Source: Desulfurococcales archaeon
GTDB taxonomy: Archaea > Thermoproteota > Thermoprotei_A > Sulfolobales > Desulfurococcaceae
Assembly: GCA_027022365.1 (NCBI GenBank)
Contig: JALVYU010000007.1
Span: 32,001 to 96,000 of the forward strand
Direction of reading: 5' to 3'
DNA: 64,000 bases
Below, in pieces: positions 19,532 to 29,759 of this stretch (position 1 is the first letter of the stretch; the number at the start of each line of letters is the position of its first letter). The position numbers and the translations under genes are program-made. A model generated the notes under the pieces. That model saw only the letters and a list, made by a program, of their open reading frames with translations, made no database searches and was not told the origin of the DNA.

Positions 19532-20227
19532 ATGTGTTATGATTCTAAAGGTTTGCAGGGCACAATGGATAGAAAGATCGTGGTAGTAGATAATCCGCTT
19601 ATCAAATCATATCTAACAATCCTTAGAAACACAAGGACTCAGCCGCCGTTCTTTAGAGAAATTATGGAGAAAATAGGCTTCTACATCGGATTTGAGATAG
19701 CAAAACTCCTGGATTGGAAGACAGTACAGGTAATAACACCGCTAGGACGGGCTAGGGGATTGACTATTTCGAGAGAGGTGGTTGCAGTCGGTATACTGGG
19801 AGCATCTCTTCCATTGTTATATGGCTTCGTAAAGTCAATGCCATGGGCTGGAATAGGATTAATAGCAGCGAGAAGAATAGAAGAACATAATAAGAATTAT
19901 CTGGATGTCGAAATATACTACACGAGATTGCCTAGAGATTTGCACAATAAAGTAGTGGTTCTTCTCGATCCCATGCTTGCCACTGGTCTAACACTAAAGA
20001 AATCTGTAGAACTGCTTAGTAGACTTGGCGCTTCTGATATTGTAGTGGCTTCGGTTATTGCTAGTAGAGAAGGCTTAGAGAAGCTTTCAAAGGAGAAGAG
20101 TGTAAAAGCCATAATTGTCTGTTCGGTCGACGAGAAACTCGATAAGAACTATTTCATTGTTCCAGGTCTCGGAGACGCTGGCGATCGAGCGCTGAGTGGA
20201 ACTCTTTCATTATTGGATATTCAATAA
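19532..20227 (+). CDS. upp: Uracil phosphoribosyltransferase
   Basis: DPMLATG, FIVPGLGDAGDR. Confidence 0.9.
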   Translation: MCYDSKGLQGTMDRKIVVVDNPLIKSYLTILRNTRTQPPFFREIMEKIGFYIGFEIAKLLDWKTVQVITPLGRARGLTISREVVAVGILGASLPLLYGFVKSMPWAGIGLIAARRIEEHNKNYLDVEIYYTRLPRDLHNKVVVLLDPMLATGLTLKKSVELLSRLGASDIVVASVIASREGLEKLSKEKSVKAIIVCSVDEKLDKNYFIVPGLGDAGDRALSGTLSLLDIQ

Positions 20228-20341
20228 GTATGTTGCAAAAACATAATTTTTTAACAGATCTGAATATAATTTATGCAAACTTTATAGTACCTTATTCAAT
20301 ACTTTTGTCAGTGTTTTGAACCTATATAAAGTATTTAATCT

Positions 20342-21320
20342 GGGTCTATAGTGCTAATAAAGAGATCAACAGGTGCAGGTAAGACGATATTTAGCGCTAA
20401 TGTTGCTAAGGAAGTTATCAAAGGATACGGTCAAAAAGTGGCATGGATAAGTCTTCTCCTTGAGCCGAATGATATGATGGATATATTTTCTAGCATATTA
20501 AGGGTTAATCTAGATGATTATATAAATTCCGGGCAACTCAAGTACTATGGATTTGAAATAGTGTCCGTTTCGACAGACGGATAATGATCTCTCAGCTCCT
20601 CAGTAATATAATTGACACTAATCGTCCAGATGGTATTTCGAAGGATCTTGGAAGTAATATAAATCATGAGGTAAGAATACCTACAGGAATCGTTGGGTTC
20701 GATGATATCTTGGGTGGAGGCCTTATTCGGGGAAATCAACGCTTCTTATAGATCCATTAGGAGTTGGTAAAACAATTCTAATGACGACTATGGCATAGAA
20801 TATGACTAGAGAAGGAGAGCATGTATATTATGTTAGCTTTGAGGAACCAGAGCAACAACTTGTAGAGACTCTCAGATTCTTGGGCTTCAATACGGAAGGA
20901 TTGAAAGGTGAACTAACGATACGCTCGATAAATCGAGAATTATTATTAATTCATTCTTCAGCATCATAGATCGAATAGTCGACCTCTCAAAATCGTTTGC
21001 CATATTTAGCGACGGACTATATAGTCTATGGAAGGGATTTTGGATATGGTTTTCATAGATATGTCAGAGACCTGATATACTATTCAAAGAGCTCAAATGC
21101 ATCCATGATGTTGTCGGTGATATACGAGAAGGGAGTTGAAGAGAAATTATATGTATGGCTAAGTATAATGTGTGATGGCATTATCGAAATGAACTTTTGT
21201 AGAGAAAAAATAGAGGTGTTAGAAGATTAATATGTTCGGGGAATGATGCTATTATCCCCGCCTCGGAAATACTTCGAGGTATTATTTGAGAATAAAAAGA
21301 AGTCTATCAGGATATTATAG
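20342..21320 (+). pseudogene. Fragmented double-domain KaiC/RecA-like ATPase
   Basis: Fragments STGAGKTIF; VRIPTGIVGFDDILGGGLIRG (20671); frameshift to PLGVGKTILMTTMA*NM..YYVSFEEP; LSIMCDGIIEM; several stops and frameshifts. Confidence 0.8.
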
Positions 21321-21581
21321 TATATGTAATATGATGAGAATGTATAGCATAACTACTATGATCTCTAGTAGTGCTAGTAGACCCAAGCCTCTCCGTTCTT
21401 TGCTCCTGATGTTTCTAACACATATTAAGGCGACGGATAATAATGGAGTCGCTATTATTATGTAGATCCCTAGCCAAAGTATAGTGGTGATTTCTGTTAG
21501 AATAGATATCGAAAGCCCTGCTACGAGAACGGCAAGTCCTGTTATGACTCCATATCTAAGTACATGGTGTGCCTCCACCAT
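21315..21581 (-). CDS. DUF1634-like small membrane protein
   Basis: LRYGV, GIYIIIATP; follows the TauE gene. Confidence 0.7.
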   Translation of the reverse strand: MVEAHHVLRYGVITGLAVLVAGLSISILTEITTILWLGIYIIIATPLLSVALICVRNIRSKERRGLGLLALLEIIVVMLYILIILHIL

Positions 21582-21591
21582 TTTGATTACC

Positions 21592-22377
21592 CTAGATAAT
21601 ATGTGTTGATGATATGATCAGTCTAATCGCCGCATAGAGTAGTATTAGGGCGAAAATAAGCCTTACAGTCCTCGGCTTTAGTTTTTCAAGGCGTCTTGCA
21701 CCGATATAGGCTCCTGGAATAATTCCCGACGCCAGCGCGGCGACAGCCAGTGGTTCAGGTATTCCCCTGGATACATAGACGATGCTCCCGCCAGTAGCTG
21801 TTAATCCTACCATGAAAGAACTTGTGGCTACGGCTGTTTTTATAGGAAGACCTAGTAGCCCGGCCATGATTGGTACCTTTAGTACTCCACCCCCTATTCC
21901 GAACATACCTGATAATATTCCGGCGAAAAAAGATACTAGTAGTGCGAGTGCCTTTGCAGCCCTCTTGGTTTTTCTCTTTACGGTTTCTCTTGTCTTCGAT
22001 GGCCTAAGAGCTTTTAAAAGCATTGATATGGACACGTATAGTAGTATGAAGCCTAGGCCGGTCTTAATTATTGTCGGTGGTATTGAAGTAGTTATGATGG
22101 CGCCAAGTATGGCGCCAACAGTGGTAATGGGCTCTAATGTTAATGCTGTCTTTAAATCCACTAGGTTATCCCTAAGATATTCGCTCGCGGCTATCGATGA
22201 AGTCACGATGATCGCAACTAGGCTTGTCGCTACAGCAACTCTTACATCGAATCCGAGCACAAGGATCATATATGGAACTATGAGGCTACCACCACCAATA
22301 CCGCTCATAGCCGAGATAAATCCTATGGCTAAAGCACCTAGAAACAGCAGGATGAGCGTCGTTACGGCTAACAACAA
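21592..22377 (-). CDS. Sulfite exporter TauE/SafE family
   Basis: Duplicated GIGGG..VP and AVATS motifs. Confidence 0.9.
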   Translation of the reverse strand: MLLAVTTLILLFLGALAIGFISAMSGIGGGSLIVPYMILVLGFDVRVAVATSLVAIIVTSSIAASEYLRDNLVDLKTALTLEPITTVGAILGAIITTSIPPTIIKTGLGFILLYVSISMLLKALRPSKTRETVKRKTKRAAKALALLVSFFAGILSGMFGIGGGVLKVPIMAGLLGLPIKTAVATSSFMVGLTATGGSIVYVSRGIPEPLAVAALASGIIPGAYIGARRLEKLKPRTVRLIFALILLYAAIRLIISSTHII

Positions 22378-22419
22378 TGTTCACCGGCTGGTTCTCCGAA
22401 CTATCTTAGGTTGCCCATG

Positions 22420-23538
22420 TTATCCCGCCTCTATGCCGAAAAGCATGGATGCTAGGGCGCCTATGCCGTATGTCACGATAGCTGAGCCTAGGCCGGATAA
22501 CACGAGTTCTATGACTTTTTTCTTGATAGCTAGTCCTGACGATATGGCAACTATAGTACCCGATACTGCGAGCATCGAGGCAGCCATGATGAAAGAAGAT
22601 ATTAGCGCACCTAGTATTGGTAAGCCGAGAAAATATGGTATAAGCGGCACAAAAGCACCTATAATATAAAATATTCCCGTGTAGAGGCTCGCTATTTTTG
22701 GATTCTCGAGAGCATCCTCAGTTATGCCATACTCTTCCTCAGCTATAATTTTACTTAGTATTTCGGGGTTTGAGCTTGCATCCCTGCTAATGTTTTCGAT
22801 CGCCTCTGCACTATAGCCTCTTTTGAGAAGATGTTTCTTGACTCTCTTGATCAATACGTTTGCCGCATATTTTGCTGCAAGCCTTATCCTTGTGAGGGCT
22901 CCCAGCTTCACGTCCCTCTGTGCCTTGACACTGATATAGGTTCCCACAGCCATTGAAAGAGCGCCTCCAATGCCGACGATGGAGCCTCCCAGCGCAACAT
23001 ATATTGGGTCGCCGTATGCGCCGGCAAGGCCTGCTGATACAGATAATATTTCAACTAGTCCGTCGTTCATACCAAGAATAGCGTCGCGTACATGAAGTAG
23101 GAATTCCTTTAATCTAGATTCTTCCTCTTCGAATTCCTCCTCGTGCACGAGCTCGTCTTCTAGGATCTTTCTGAGTTGTTTTCTCTCCTCTTCGGTTATT
23201 TCGGGTGAACCGAGAAGTTGTGAATAAGTTTTAATCGCGTTGTCTTCTTCTAGCTCAAGGATTTTGAGAGTTAGGCCGTAGCCGAGTATCCCAAATAACA
23301 TGATCTTTAATCTAAGAAGTATATTGCTGATCTTTATCCTATTGATATTTATTCCCCTTTTTTCAAGAAAGTTTCTCCAGAAATCAGCGTGTCTTTTCTC
23401 TATTTCGGCAAGCATTTGTAGTTTTTTGGATACCTTGGGGTTTTTGATACGCTTGGCTAATTCGCTATAAATAATGCTTGTTTCAACTTCGTCCCTGTAC
23501 ATGGTGATAGCTGTTTTTATTATCTCCTCTTTATTCAG
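22420..23538 (-). CDS. Rubrerythrin/ferritin-like-VIT1/CCC1 fusion iron transporter
   Basis: EKRH and DELVH diiron motifs; RDAILGMNDGL, GALSMAVG; start probably CTG at 23538 (first ATG at 23502). Confidence 0.85.
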   Translation of the reverse strand: MNKEEIIKTAITMYRDEVETSIIYSELAKRIKNPKVSKKLQMLAEIEKRHADFWRNFLEKRGININRIKISNILLRLKIMLFGILGYGLTLKILELEEDNAIKTYSQLLGSPEITEEERKQLRKILEDELVHEEEFEEEESRLKEFLLHVRDAILGMNDGLVEILSVSAGLAGAYGDPIYVALGGSIVGIGGALSMAVGTYISVKAQRDVKLGALTRIRLAAKYAANVLIKRVKKHLLKRGYSAEAIENISRDASSNPEILSKIIAEEEYGITEDALENPKIASLYTGIFYIIGAFVPLIPYFLGLPILGALISSFIMAASMLAVSGTIVAISSGLAIKKKVIELVLSGLGSAIVTYGIGALASMLFGIEAG

Positions 23539-23559
23539 GACAGATCACCATCTAATATG

Positions 23560-24780
23560 CTACGCGCTTATGATTCTCCCTAAGAACTCCTCTATTATGT
23601 TTTGTTGTAGTTTTGACCCAGCCTTTACACTTATAGTGTTTATTAGGGATAATGGTGTATTTTCTAGTTTCTTTTTGACAAGCGCTTTAGCAGCGTCTCC
23701 CCAACCATATACTGTTAATATTAGTGTGGGTTTCCTTGTCTTGATCTTCTTAATCAGGATATTTAATACGCTCTCTATACGTGGATGAATCGATGCTTCA
23801 TAATTGCTTATCCCTATAATCACGGCTTTGGAGGTATCAACATCCGTTAGAATCTCCGAGATCATTGACCGCTCTTTATCCGTGAACCTATGGGTCTTTA
23901 TAATATATCCGTGTTTTTCGAGGGAATTCTTAATAGTGTCAATTATTTCTTCTACGAAGCCATACATTGATGTATATATGATGGTTACTTTATGCTCATC
24001 GTACTTGCTTTGCGCAAAATCTTCATACGCATTAATTATTATGTCCGGGTTTTGTTTCCATATGAGGCCGTGGGCGGGGGCTATTATGGATGGTTTAATG
24101 CCTAGCTCATCCAGTTTTTTGATGGCAGGAATGACGTGGTTCCTGTAGCTCCCTATAACAGTTACCATGTATTTTCTCGCATAGATAAGATATTTTCTGA
24201 TCTCGTCTTCGCTTAGCTCCGTGTCGAATAACTTGCGCGGGATAGAATAGCCGCCAAATACATCACATGTTAAGAGAACGCCTCGTTCCTTAAGGAAGGT
24301 AACTATTGTTTCTGGCCAGTGAAGCCATGGAGTATGGATAAATAGTATGCGTTCGTCTCCAAGATCGATCTCCGCTTTATCCCTTGTAGGCACGAATTTT
24401 ATGTTGTTTAAACCATAGAAAGAACTAAGCATCGAGCGAGCCATTGGGTGTCCATATATCATTGGCTGTTTATTCATTTTCGACAGAAGCGCTGTTAGGG
24501 AGCCGGTATGATCGGGCTCCATATGGTGGACAACGATAATATCGATATCATTTATATCTATTATCCTCTCCAATGCTTCTAGGAATTCCTCAGCATAATC
24601 TCTCTTCCAACCATCGAATAAGACGACCTTATCCGGTAGGGTAAGAACGTATGAGTTATAAGTAATACCTTCAGGGATCTCCCATAGTCCCTCAAAGTAC
24701 TTCGTTGATAGATCATCAACTCTTAGTACGTAGAGGTCCCGTGCAACCTTGTCAATATGATAAACAGTCATTTCAACCAC
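23560..24780 (-). CDS. fprA: FprA/flavodiiron protein
   Basis: GITYNSY, HHMEPDH, LHWPET, APAHG, SMYG flavodoxin loop. Confidence 0.9.
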   Translation of the reverse strand: MVEMTVYHIDKVARDLYVLRVDDLSTKYFEGLWEIPEGITYNSYVLTLPDKVVLFDGWKRDYAEEFLEALERIIDINDIDIIVVHHMEPDHTGSLTALLSKMNKQPMIYGHPMARSMLSSFYGLNNIKFVPTRDKAEIDLGDERILFIHTPWLHWPETIVTFLKERGVLLTCDVFGGYSIPRKLFDTELSEDEIRKYLIYARKYMVTVIGSYRNHVIPAIKKLDELGIKPSIIAPAHGLIWKQNPDIIINAYEDFAQSKYDEHKVTIIYTSMYGFVEEIIDTIKNSLEKHGYIIKTHRFTDKERSMISEILTDVDTSKAVIIGISNYEASIHPRIESVLNILIKKIKTRKPTLILTVYGWGDAAKALVKKKLENTPLSLINTISVKAGSKLQQNIIEEFLGRIISA

Positions 24781-24950
24781 CTATCGCTATAGTATAATAA
24801 TTAGTCGATGTCCTAATATACCCGATTACCCTGATGATCCATCATGGAAGGAGAGAGATTATATATCCGGAAGGAAATTCTACATGTTGAAAAATCCATG
24901 TAATTATTTCCTGTTATTGGAGTCGAACACTGTCTTGGATACGGAAAGAA

Positions 24951-25029
24951 TGGTGCGGCGGCCGGGATTTGAACCCGGGATCTCCGGCTTGGAGGGCCGG
25001 CGTCCTAGTCCAGGCTAGACGACCGCCGC
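24951..25029 (-). tRNA. tRNA-Gly(TCC), CCA encoded, C at position 33
   Basis: GCGGCGG...CCGGC CC TCC AA GCCGG...TTCAAAT...CCGCCGC A CCA. Confidence 0.92.
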
Positions 25030-25237
25030 AGTGTTTTGAGCTGTATAGATTTGTAGGGCTGGATGGTTTTATAATACTTTTCTTCGTGTTATGATTTTGT
25101 TCGTATATGAGTATATTTTTATTTGAGATTTCCATCGTCATTTTATTTGTTTGAAATTAGAAAAATTATACAAAATTTTATAACAGAGTATTTGTATGTA
25201 TAACGTGTACATATAATGTCTCCATATCGATAATGAG

Positions 25238-25921
25238 ATGGGTGTAATGGAAAAAGAGCGGCGGAATCGCAACAAGATAGAGGTTATTGAGGCTATTTTA
25301 AGGTACATAGAGAAGGAAGGTAAAGCAAGAAAGACGAGAATACTCTATGCGGCTAATCTGAATACCCGTAGCCTTGAATCCATTCTTTCCGACCTTGTAA
25401 ATAATGGTGCGCTCGAAATTATAAATGATGGTCGAGACCGTAAAATGTACCGGATAACCCCTCGAGGAGCCCGTCTTTTAATGCTTATCACTAGGATCAG
25501 AAAGTTCATGAGAAACGAACACGCAACAACTAAAAAGCTTATAGATAATCTGAAGGAGTTCTGCAGAGAAATAGGAGCTGAAGGCGAATGCGTCGAGATA
25601 GAACAATCCACTAGGCTTGGAATAAGTGTCAGGGGACAAACCGCTAGAACTTATTTCATTGACCTGTATGTCAAGATAAATGAAAAAGAATATATCATAG
25701 GCTTTCTCTCAAAAGACGCAACGGAGCTAGAAATCCAGCAAATATTATCCTGGCTAATAATAGTCTCACTCGATACAGGCTATAGCGTCATACTATTTGT
25801 GTCCGAAGATAAACTCCTAAACCTTAGAAGATATCTCGACCATTTATTCGGTCTACTTGAATGTGAAAAATTCAGAAAACTTAAGGATAAATTCATCGTG
25901 AGAGAACTTCGGATCTTGTGA
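25238..25921 (+). CDS. Winged-helix regulator with a C-terminal restriction-endonuclease-like domain
   Basis: RNKIEVIEAIL..KTRILYAANLN...YRITPRG; C-terminal VRGQTARTYFID. Confidence 0.65.
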   Translation: MGVMEKERRNRNKIEVIEAILRYIEKEGKARKTRILYAANLNTRSLESILSDLVNNGALEIINDGRDRKMYRITPRGARLLMLITRIRKFMRNEHATTKKLIDNLKEFCREIGAEGECVEIEQSTRLGISVRGQTARTYFIDLYVKINEKEYIIGFLSKDATELEIQQILSWLIIVSLDTGYSVILFVSEDKLLNLRRYLDHLFGLLECEKFRKLKDKFIVRELRIL

Positions 25922-25939
25922 TCTTTGTTTCGATGTTGA

Positions 25940-26377
25940 ACTAGAATTATCAATTATGATGAATTAGATAAAATCATCAAGACAAGAACTGATAACACAA
26001 CGCTGTCTATAGAGAAGGATAACACAGCATACATACCAGGTAATACGACGATACTCGATATGGAGATAAACACAGTCTGGCTTCGTGAGAAAACTTTTTA
26101 CTCAACACTCGTATCTGCGACTATAATGCTTTCAGCTCTAGGCGCCACAGCGTATTACATGATCAGTAATGGTGACTACCATCCCGAGAAATTATTGGAG
26201 AAATATAAGTCCAGAATATTCTATGGTGGTAATTTTATTGATTATGATAATAAAGAGATCGTTAAGGTGGAGGGTATAAGAAATATAATTCGTGCGTCGG
26301 AACTTTATGGCGAGATCATAATATATGACCGTAATAGAAATCAATTAGTAGTAAACACAAGAAACAATGTAATGTAA
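25940..26377 (+). pseudogene. 5'-truncated membrane-protein remnant (DUF5305-like C-terminus)
   Basis: Frame is open for about 40 codons before ATG 26060 with no start; TM helix then EKYKSRI...IIIYD. Confidence 0.4.
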
Positions 26378-26420
26378 TAATCTATGAGAACAGCGAACTC
26401 AATAAAACTCTATGATATCC

Positions 26421-26702
26421 CTAAGCTTTGACATATATCGGGTTCCTCCCACCACTATACAGTTTTATCAACCCTTTTTCGGCAGCGGCTCTTAACAGTT
26501 TTCTCGCGGTACTAACCCTGATACTGTATGCTTGTGCAAGTTGATAAGGAGTTATAACCTTAAAGGAGCCACGCTTCAAGTCTCGCTCGAATCTTTTTAT
26601 TATGTCTCCTGTCACCTCGATCTGCGTCTCGAGAGACACTACCCTTTTTGTCTCCGTTGGTTCTTCTTTACGTCCTCTCTTTCCCCTGGCCATGTCAGTC
26701 AC
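26421..26702 (-). CDS. rps25e: 30S ribosomal protein S25e
   Basis: VITPYQLA..YSIRVSTARKLLR, basic. Confidence 0.9.
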   Translation of the reverse strand: MTDMARGKRGRKEEPTETKRVVSLETQIEVTGDIIKRFERDLKRGSFKVITPYQLAQAYSIRVSTARKLLRAAAEKGLIKLYSGGRNPIYVKA

Positions 26703-26755
26703 CTGGACTAGGGTTTTTGTGGTTATCGATATTTAAATTTGCGTGTCTATCCAAG

Positions 26756-27595
26756 CTAGTATGTGAATAAAGGTACAAGTAATGATGCTATAAGGCCTGA
26801 GAGATATATTCCGTCGAAAGTACCAGCGCCTCCAATACTTAGCATGGTCGCACCATAATGTTCGATAAACTTGTTTAATTCTTTGCCTAACCTAAGTATG
26901 TCTGCACCAATAAGGCTTCCCAATACTCCGCCAACGTATGCGACTGGTATGGCCATATATGATTCGTGGATCAATAGGGCTGTCATAACTACACTCGTTA
27001 AAGGTGGTAGGAACGCTGGAACAGCTATGCCTACGCCCGGTATTGCACGAGATGATACATAAGATATCATGGCCGTTACACTGACCACTATTAGAGAATA
27101 GATGAAAATCGGGGGAGAATCCATCGCCATTTTTAGCAACAACAATAAGCTCAGCCCTATAGGGATAATTGCGCCGCCGATATTGATGGCAAGAACAATC
27201 TCTTGTTTCACAACACGCGGAGTAACGACCGGAAAGGGGATGCCGAAGAAGTACACATATCTCTGCTCTAATATTATCATTTGTTTCCCTGTACTGATCC
27301 TCTTAATCACTATGTTGAAAGGGCTTAGAACAAGGCTTAGAAGAAAAATCAACGGCCCTAATACGAAAGCGGTCGGCCTCGATATTCCTAGAAGAGACGA
27401 TAAGTACCCGAAAACATATGGTGCCGAGACAAATAGGGGGAATAATAAGAACAGATAAAGTATGAACATCAAGGGGTGTGAGGGGAATGATATTATTACT
27501 TTCTTCTTGTGTTTTTTGTCCTTAAAGAAACTAGACGGTCCGGGCGCGAAACCCTCCTCATCCCTCCAAGGGTCTGGGGGAGTCATAATCTTCAT
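26756..27595 (-). CDS. DUF1614 membrane protein
   Basis: AINIGGAIIP, PGVGI, LIGADI, SIGGAGTFDGI. Confidence 0.85.
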   Translation of the reverse strand: MKIMTPPDPWRDEEGFAPGPSSFFKDKKHKKKVIISFPSHPLMFILYLFLLFPLFVSAPYVFGYLSSLLGISRPTAFVLGPLIFLLSLVLSPFNIVIKRISTGKQMIILEQRYVYFFGIPFPVVTPRVVKQEIVLAINIGGAIIPIGLSLLLLLKMAMDSPPIFIYSLIVVSVTAMISYVSSRAIPGVGIAVPAFLPPLTSVVMTALLIHESYMAIPVAYVGGVLGSLIGADILRLGKELNKFIEHYGATMLSIGGAGTFDGIYLSGLIASLLVPLFTY

Positions 27596-27670
27596 CCCGA
27601 CAACATCTATGATCTTTGTTCAGATATATACGCTATATGCGTTTTTATAGATTAATAATAATATGACATA

Positions 27671-29086
27671 GTGCCTCTAATGAGTCGGAGGTTAGTGGAA
27701 CTGTCATTTAAAAGGTATGATAAAGATACGTTGTTACATCATGTGGGCAATGTATTGATAGTTTTATCAATAGCAAATATTGTTCCCATAGTATTTGCTC
27801 TACTATTTGAGGAGTCGCTCGCCTTTAAGCTTCTAATGGTATTTGAAACAGTAATCATTTATGTTATTGGATACGTGTTATCGAGACGTTATCAGCCTGG
27901 CTCAGTAAGTCTGGTTGAGGCAATGACCATAATGGTTTTTGCATTTCTAATACCGCCTTTTATGATGTTATTTCCTCTCCTTACTAAGGGCGTGGATTTG
28001 ATTGACGCATTATTCGAGGGTGTATCGTCTATTACTACTACGGGGCTCTCGTGTTTACCTCCCTCACTCATAGATCCGACAGTGAATTTTATACGATCAT
28101 ATTATCAGTGGGTTGGTGGACTCGGAATAGCGTTTTTTACTTTAACTGTTCTGGTTCCCCCAGGATCAGCAGCTTACAATATTTATTTAGCCCACCTCGG
28201 TAAGGTCAGGATCAGTCCCTTGAGTAGGAAAAATGTTATTGAAATACTCAAGATATATTCCGTGCTCACTTTTTCGGCCTTTATCACATATTTGGTGTTC
28301 GGAATGAATATGTACTCAGCTGTAATTAATGCATTAACAACTGTTAGTACCGGGGGCTTTTCAACTTACGCTATTTTCCCATCGAATCTACTGCTGGCTG
28401 TCACATTATTCATGTTCGTAAGTGCTCAGCCGCTCGTTACATACTATATGCTCCTGAAATATAGGCGCAGAAGAATTTTTTCCTCACAACTAGTATCCTT
28501 TACTGTGGGCGTTTTGATCGGATCCATTATACTGTCTATGGTATCAGGTATACCACTTATGAAATCCATTTTTGAAACAGTATCGGCAGCCTCGACAACC
28601 GGGTACACGTCCTTTAATCTCGCTGATTCCGATGATTTAACTAGATTTGTCTTAGTGATCTTAATGTTGAGTGGTGCTTGTCTAGGAAGCACTGGTGGCG
28701 GTATTAAGCAACTAAGGATAATAATCCTTATAAAATCTTTCATCAGACACATTAAGCAGACATTGACGCCTAAGGGCACAATACTGCCTATTAAAGTCTC
28801 GGGAGAAATTATCCAAGACGATGATATTAAACTTGCATATAACCTATTGTTTATATATCTCCTGGTTCTTGTTATGAGTACATTAATCTTTACGATGTAT
28901 GGGTATAGTTTATCTAGTAGCTTGTTCGAGACAGCCTCCGCCCTAGCAACAACGGGCTTATCAGTAGGGCTATCATCATGGCAGTTAGCGGCTCCTCTAA
29001 AAATAGTTTTAATAATCGATATGTGGTTAGGGAGAGTCGAGATAATACCCTTCATTGTTGTTTTCTACAACTTATTCCATAAATAG
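27671..29086 (+). CDS. trkH: Trk potassium uptake membrane subunit
   Basis: TTTG, STGGF, STTGY, GSTGGGIK, TTGLS, GRVE. Confidence 0.9.
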   Translation: MPLMSRRLVELSFKRYDKDTLLHHVGNVLIVLSIANIVPIVFALLFEESLAFKLLMVFETVIIYVIGYVLSRRYQPGSVSLVEAMTIMVFAFLIPPFMMLFPLLTKGVDLIDALFEGVSSITTTGLSCLPPSLIDPTVNFIRSYYQWVGGLGIAFFTLTVLVPPGSAAYNIYLAHLGKVRISPLSRKNVIEILKIYSVLTFSAFITYLVFGMNMYSAVINALTTVSTGGFSTYAIFPSNLLLAVTLFMFVSAQPLVTYYMLLKYRRRRIFSSQLVSFTVGVLIGSIILSMVSGIPLMKSIFETVSAASTTGYTSFNLADSDDLTRFVLVILMLSGACLGSTGGGIKQLRIIILIKSFIRHIKQTLTPKGTILPIKVSGEIIQDDDIKLAYNLLFIYLLVLVMSTLIFTMYGYSLSSSLFETASALATTGLSVGLSSWQLAAPLKIVLIIDMWLGRVEIIPFIVVFYNLFHK

Positions 29087-29099
29087 GGTGTAAAACGAT

Positions 29100-29759
29100 A
29101 TGAAGGTCATTATAGCTGGTGGAGGAGACACGGGAGTCGAGCTGGCCGATGCATTGATAAGTGAGGGACATGAAGTAATAATTATCGAAAAAGACAAGCG
29201 CCGCGCGGAAGAATTAGCTGAAAAACTCGATTGTCTAGTAATTCACGGCAATGCGGCTCACCCTGATGTTCTCAAGGAGAGCGGTATAGGTGAAGCTGAC
29301 GCGCTCGTTGCTGTAACCGGTAATGATAGGGATAATGTCATAATATCACTTATAGCTAAGACCATGGGCGTCAAAAAAATAATAGCTGAAATAGAGGATC
29401 CAGGCTATAATGATCTATTGATCTATATGGGGATAAGCAATATCATAAACCCGAGCCGCCTCATATCATTCCAGGCATTATCAATGCTAAAGGACTTTAA
29501 CATACTCAATCTTTCGATAATACTAAGAGGAAACACCCGCCTCTTACCAATTAAGATCACTAGAAGCCTTGATGGTAAAAAACTGAAAGAACTCGATATA
29601 GACTTTGATAAGGCTAGACCAATACTTGTTCTGAGAGGAAACGAATCAATATTCGTAGATGAGAACACCACTATACGTTATAATGATACCGTACTTTTCC
29701 TCGTTAAACCACAGTACCAGGATGAACTTGTCAGAAAATTTGCTGAGGAGCAGAAATGA
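29100..29759 (+). CDS. trkA: Trk potassium uptake regulatory subunit
   Basis: IAGGGDTG Rossmann fold, RCK domains. Confidence 0.9.
   Translation: MKVIIAGGGDTGVELADALISEGHEVIIIEKDKRRAEELAEKLDCLVIHGNAAHPDVLKESGIGEADALVAVTGNDRDNVIISLIAKTMGVKKIIAEIEDPGYNDLLIYMGISNIINPSRLISFQALSMLKDFNILNLSIILRGNTRLLPIKITRSLDGKKLKELDIDFDKARPILVLRGNESIFVDENTTIRYNDTVLFLVKPQYQDELVRKFAEEQK

Noticed and set aside
21782-22669. 295-aa plus-strand ORF, and similar long antisense ORFs such as 1609-2280 and 28444-29055
   Set aside because: Shadows of well-supported genes on the opposite strand, with no motifs or SD
24800-24860. CTGATGA-containing segment upstream of fprA as a C/D RNA
   Set aside because: Boxes are incomplete and the guides match nothing I recognise
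24914-25141. Short ORFs crossing tRNA genes (also 39066-39347)
   Set aside because: Artefacts of reading through GC-rich tRNA sequence
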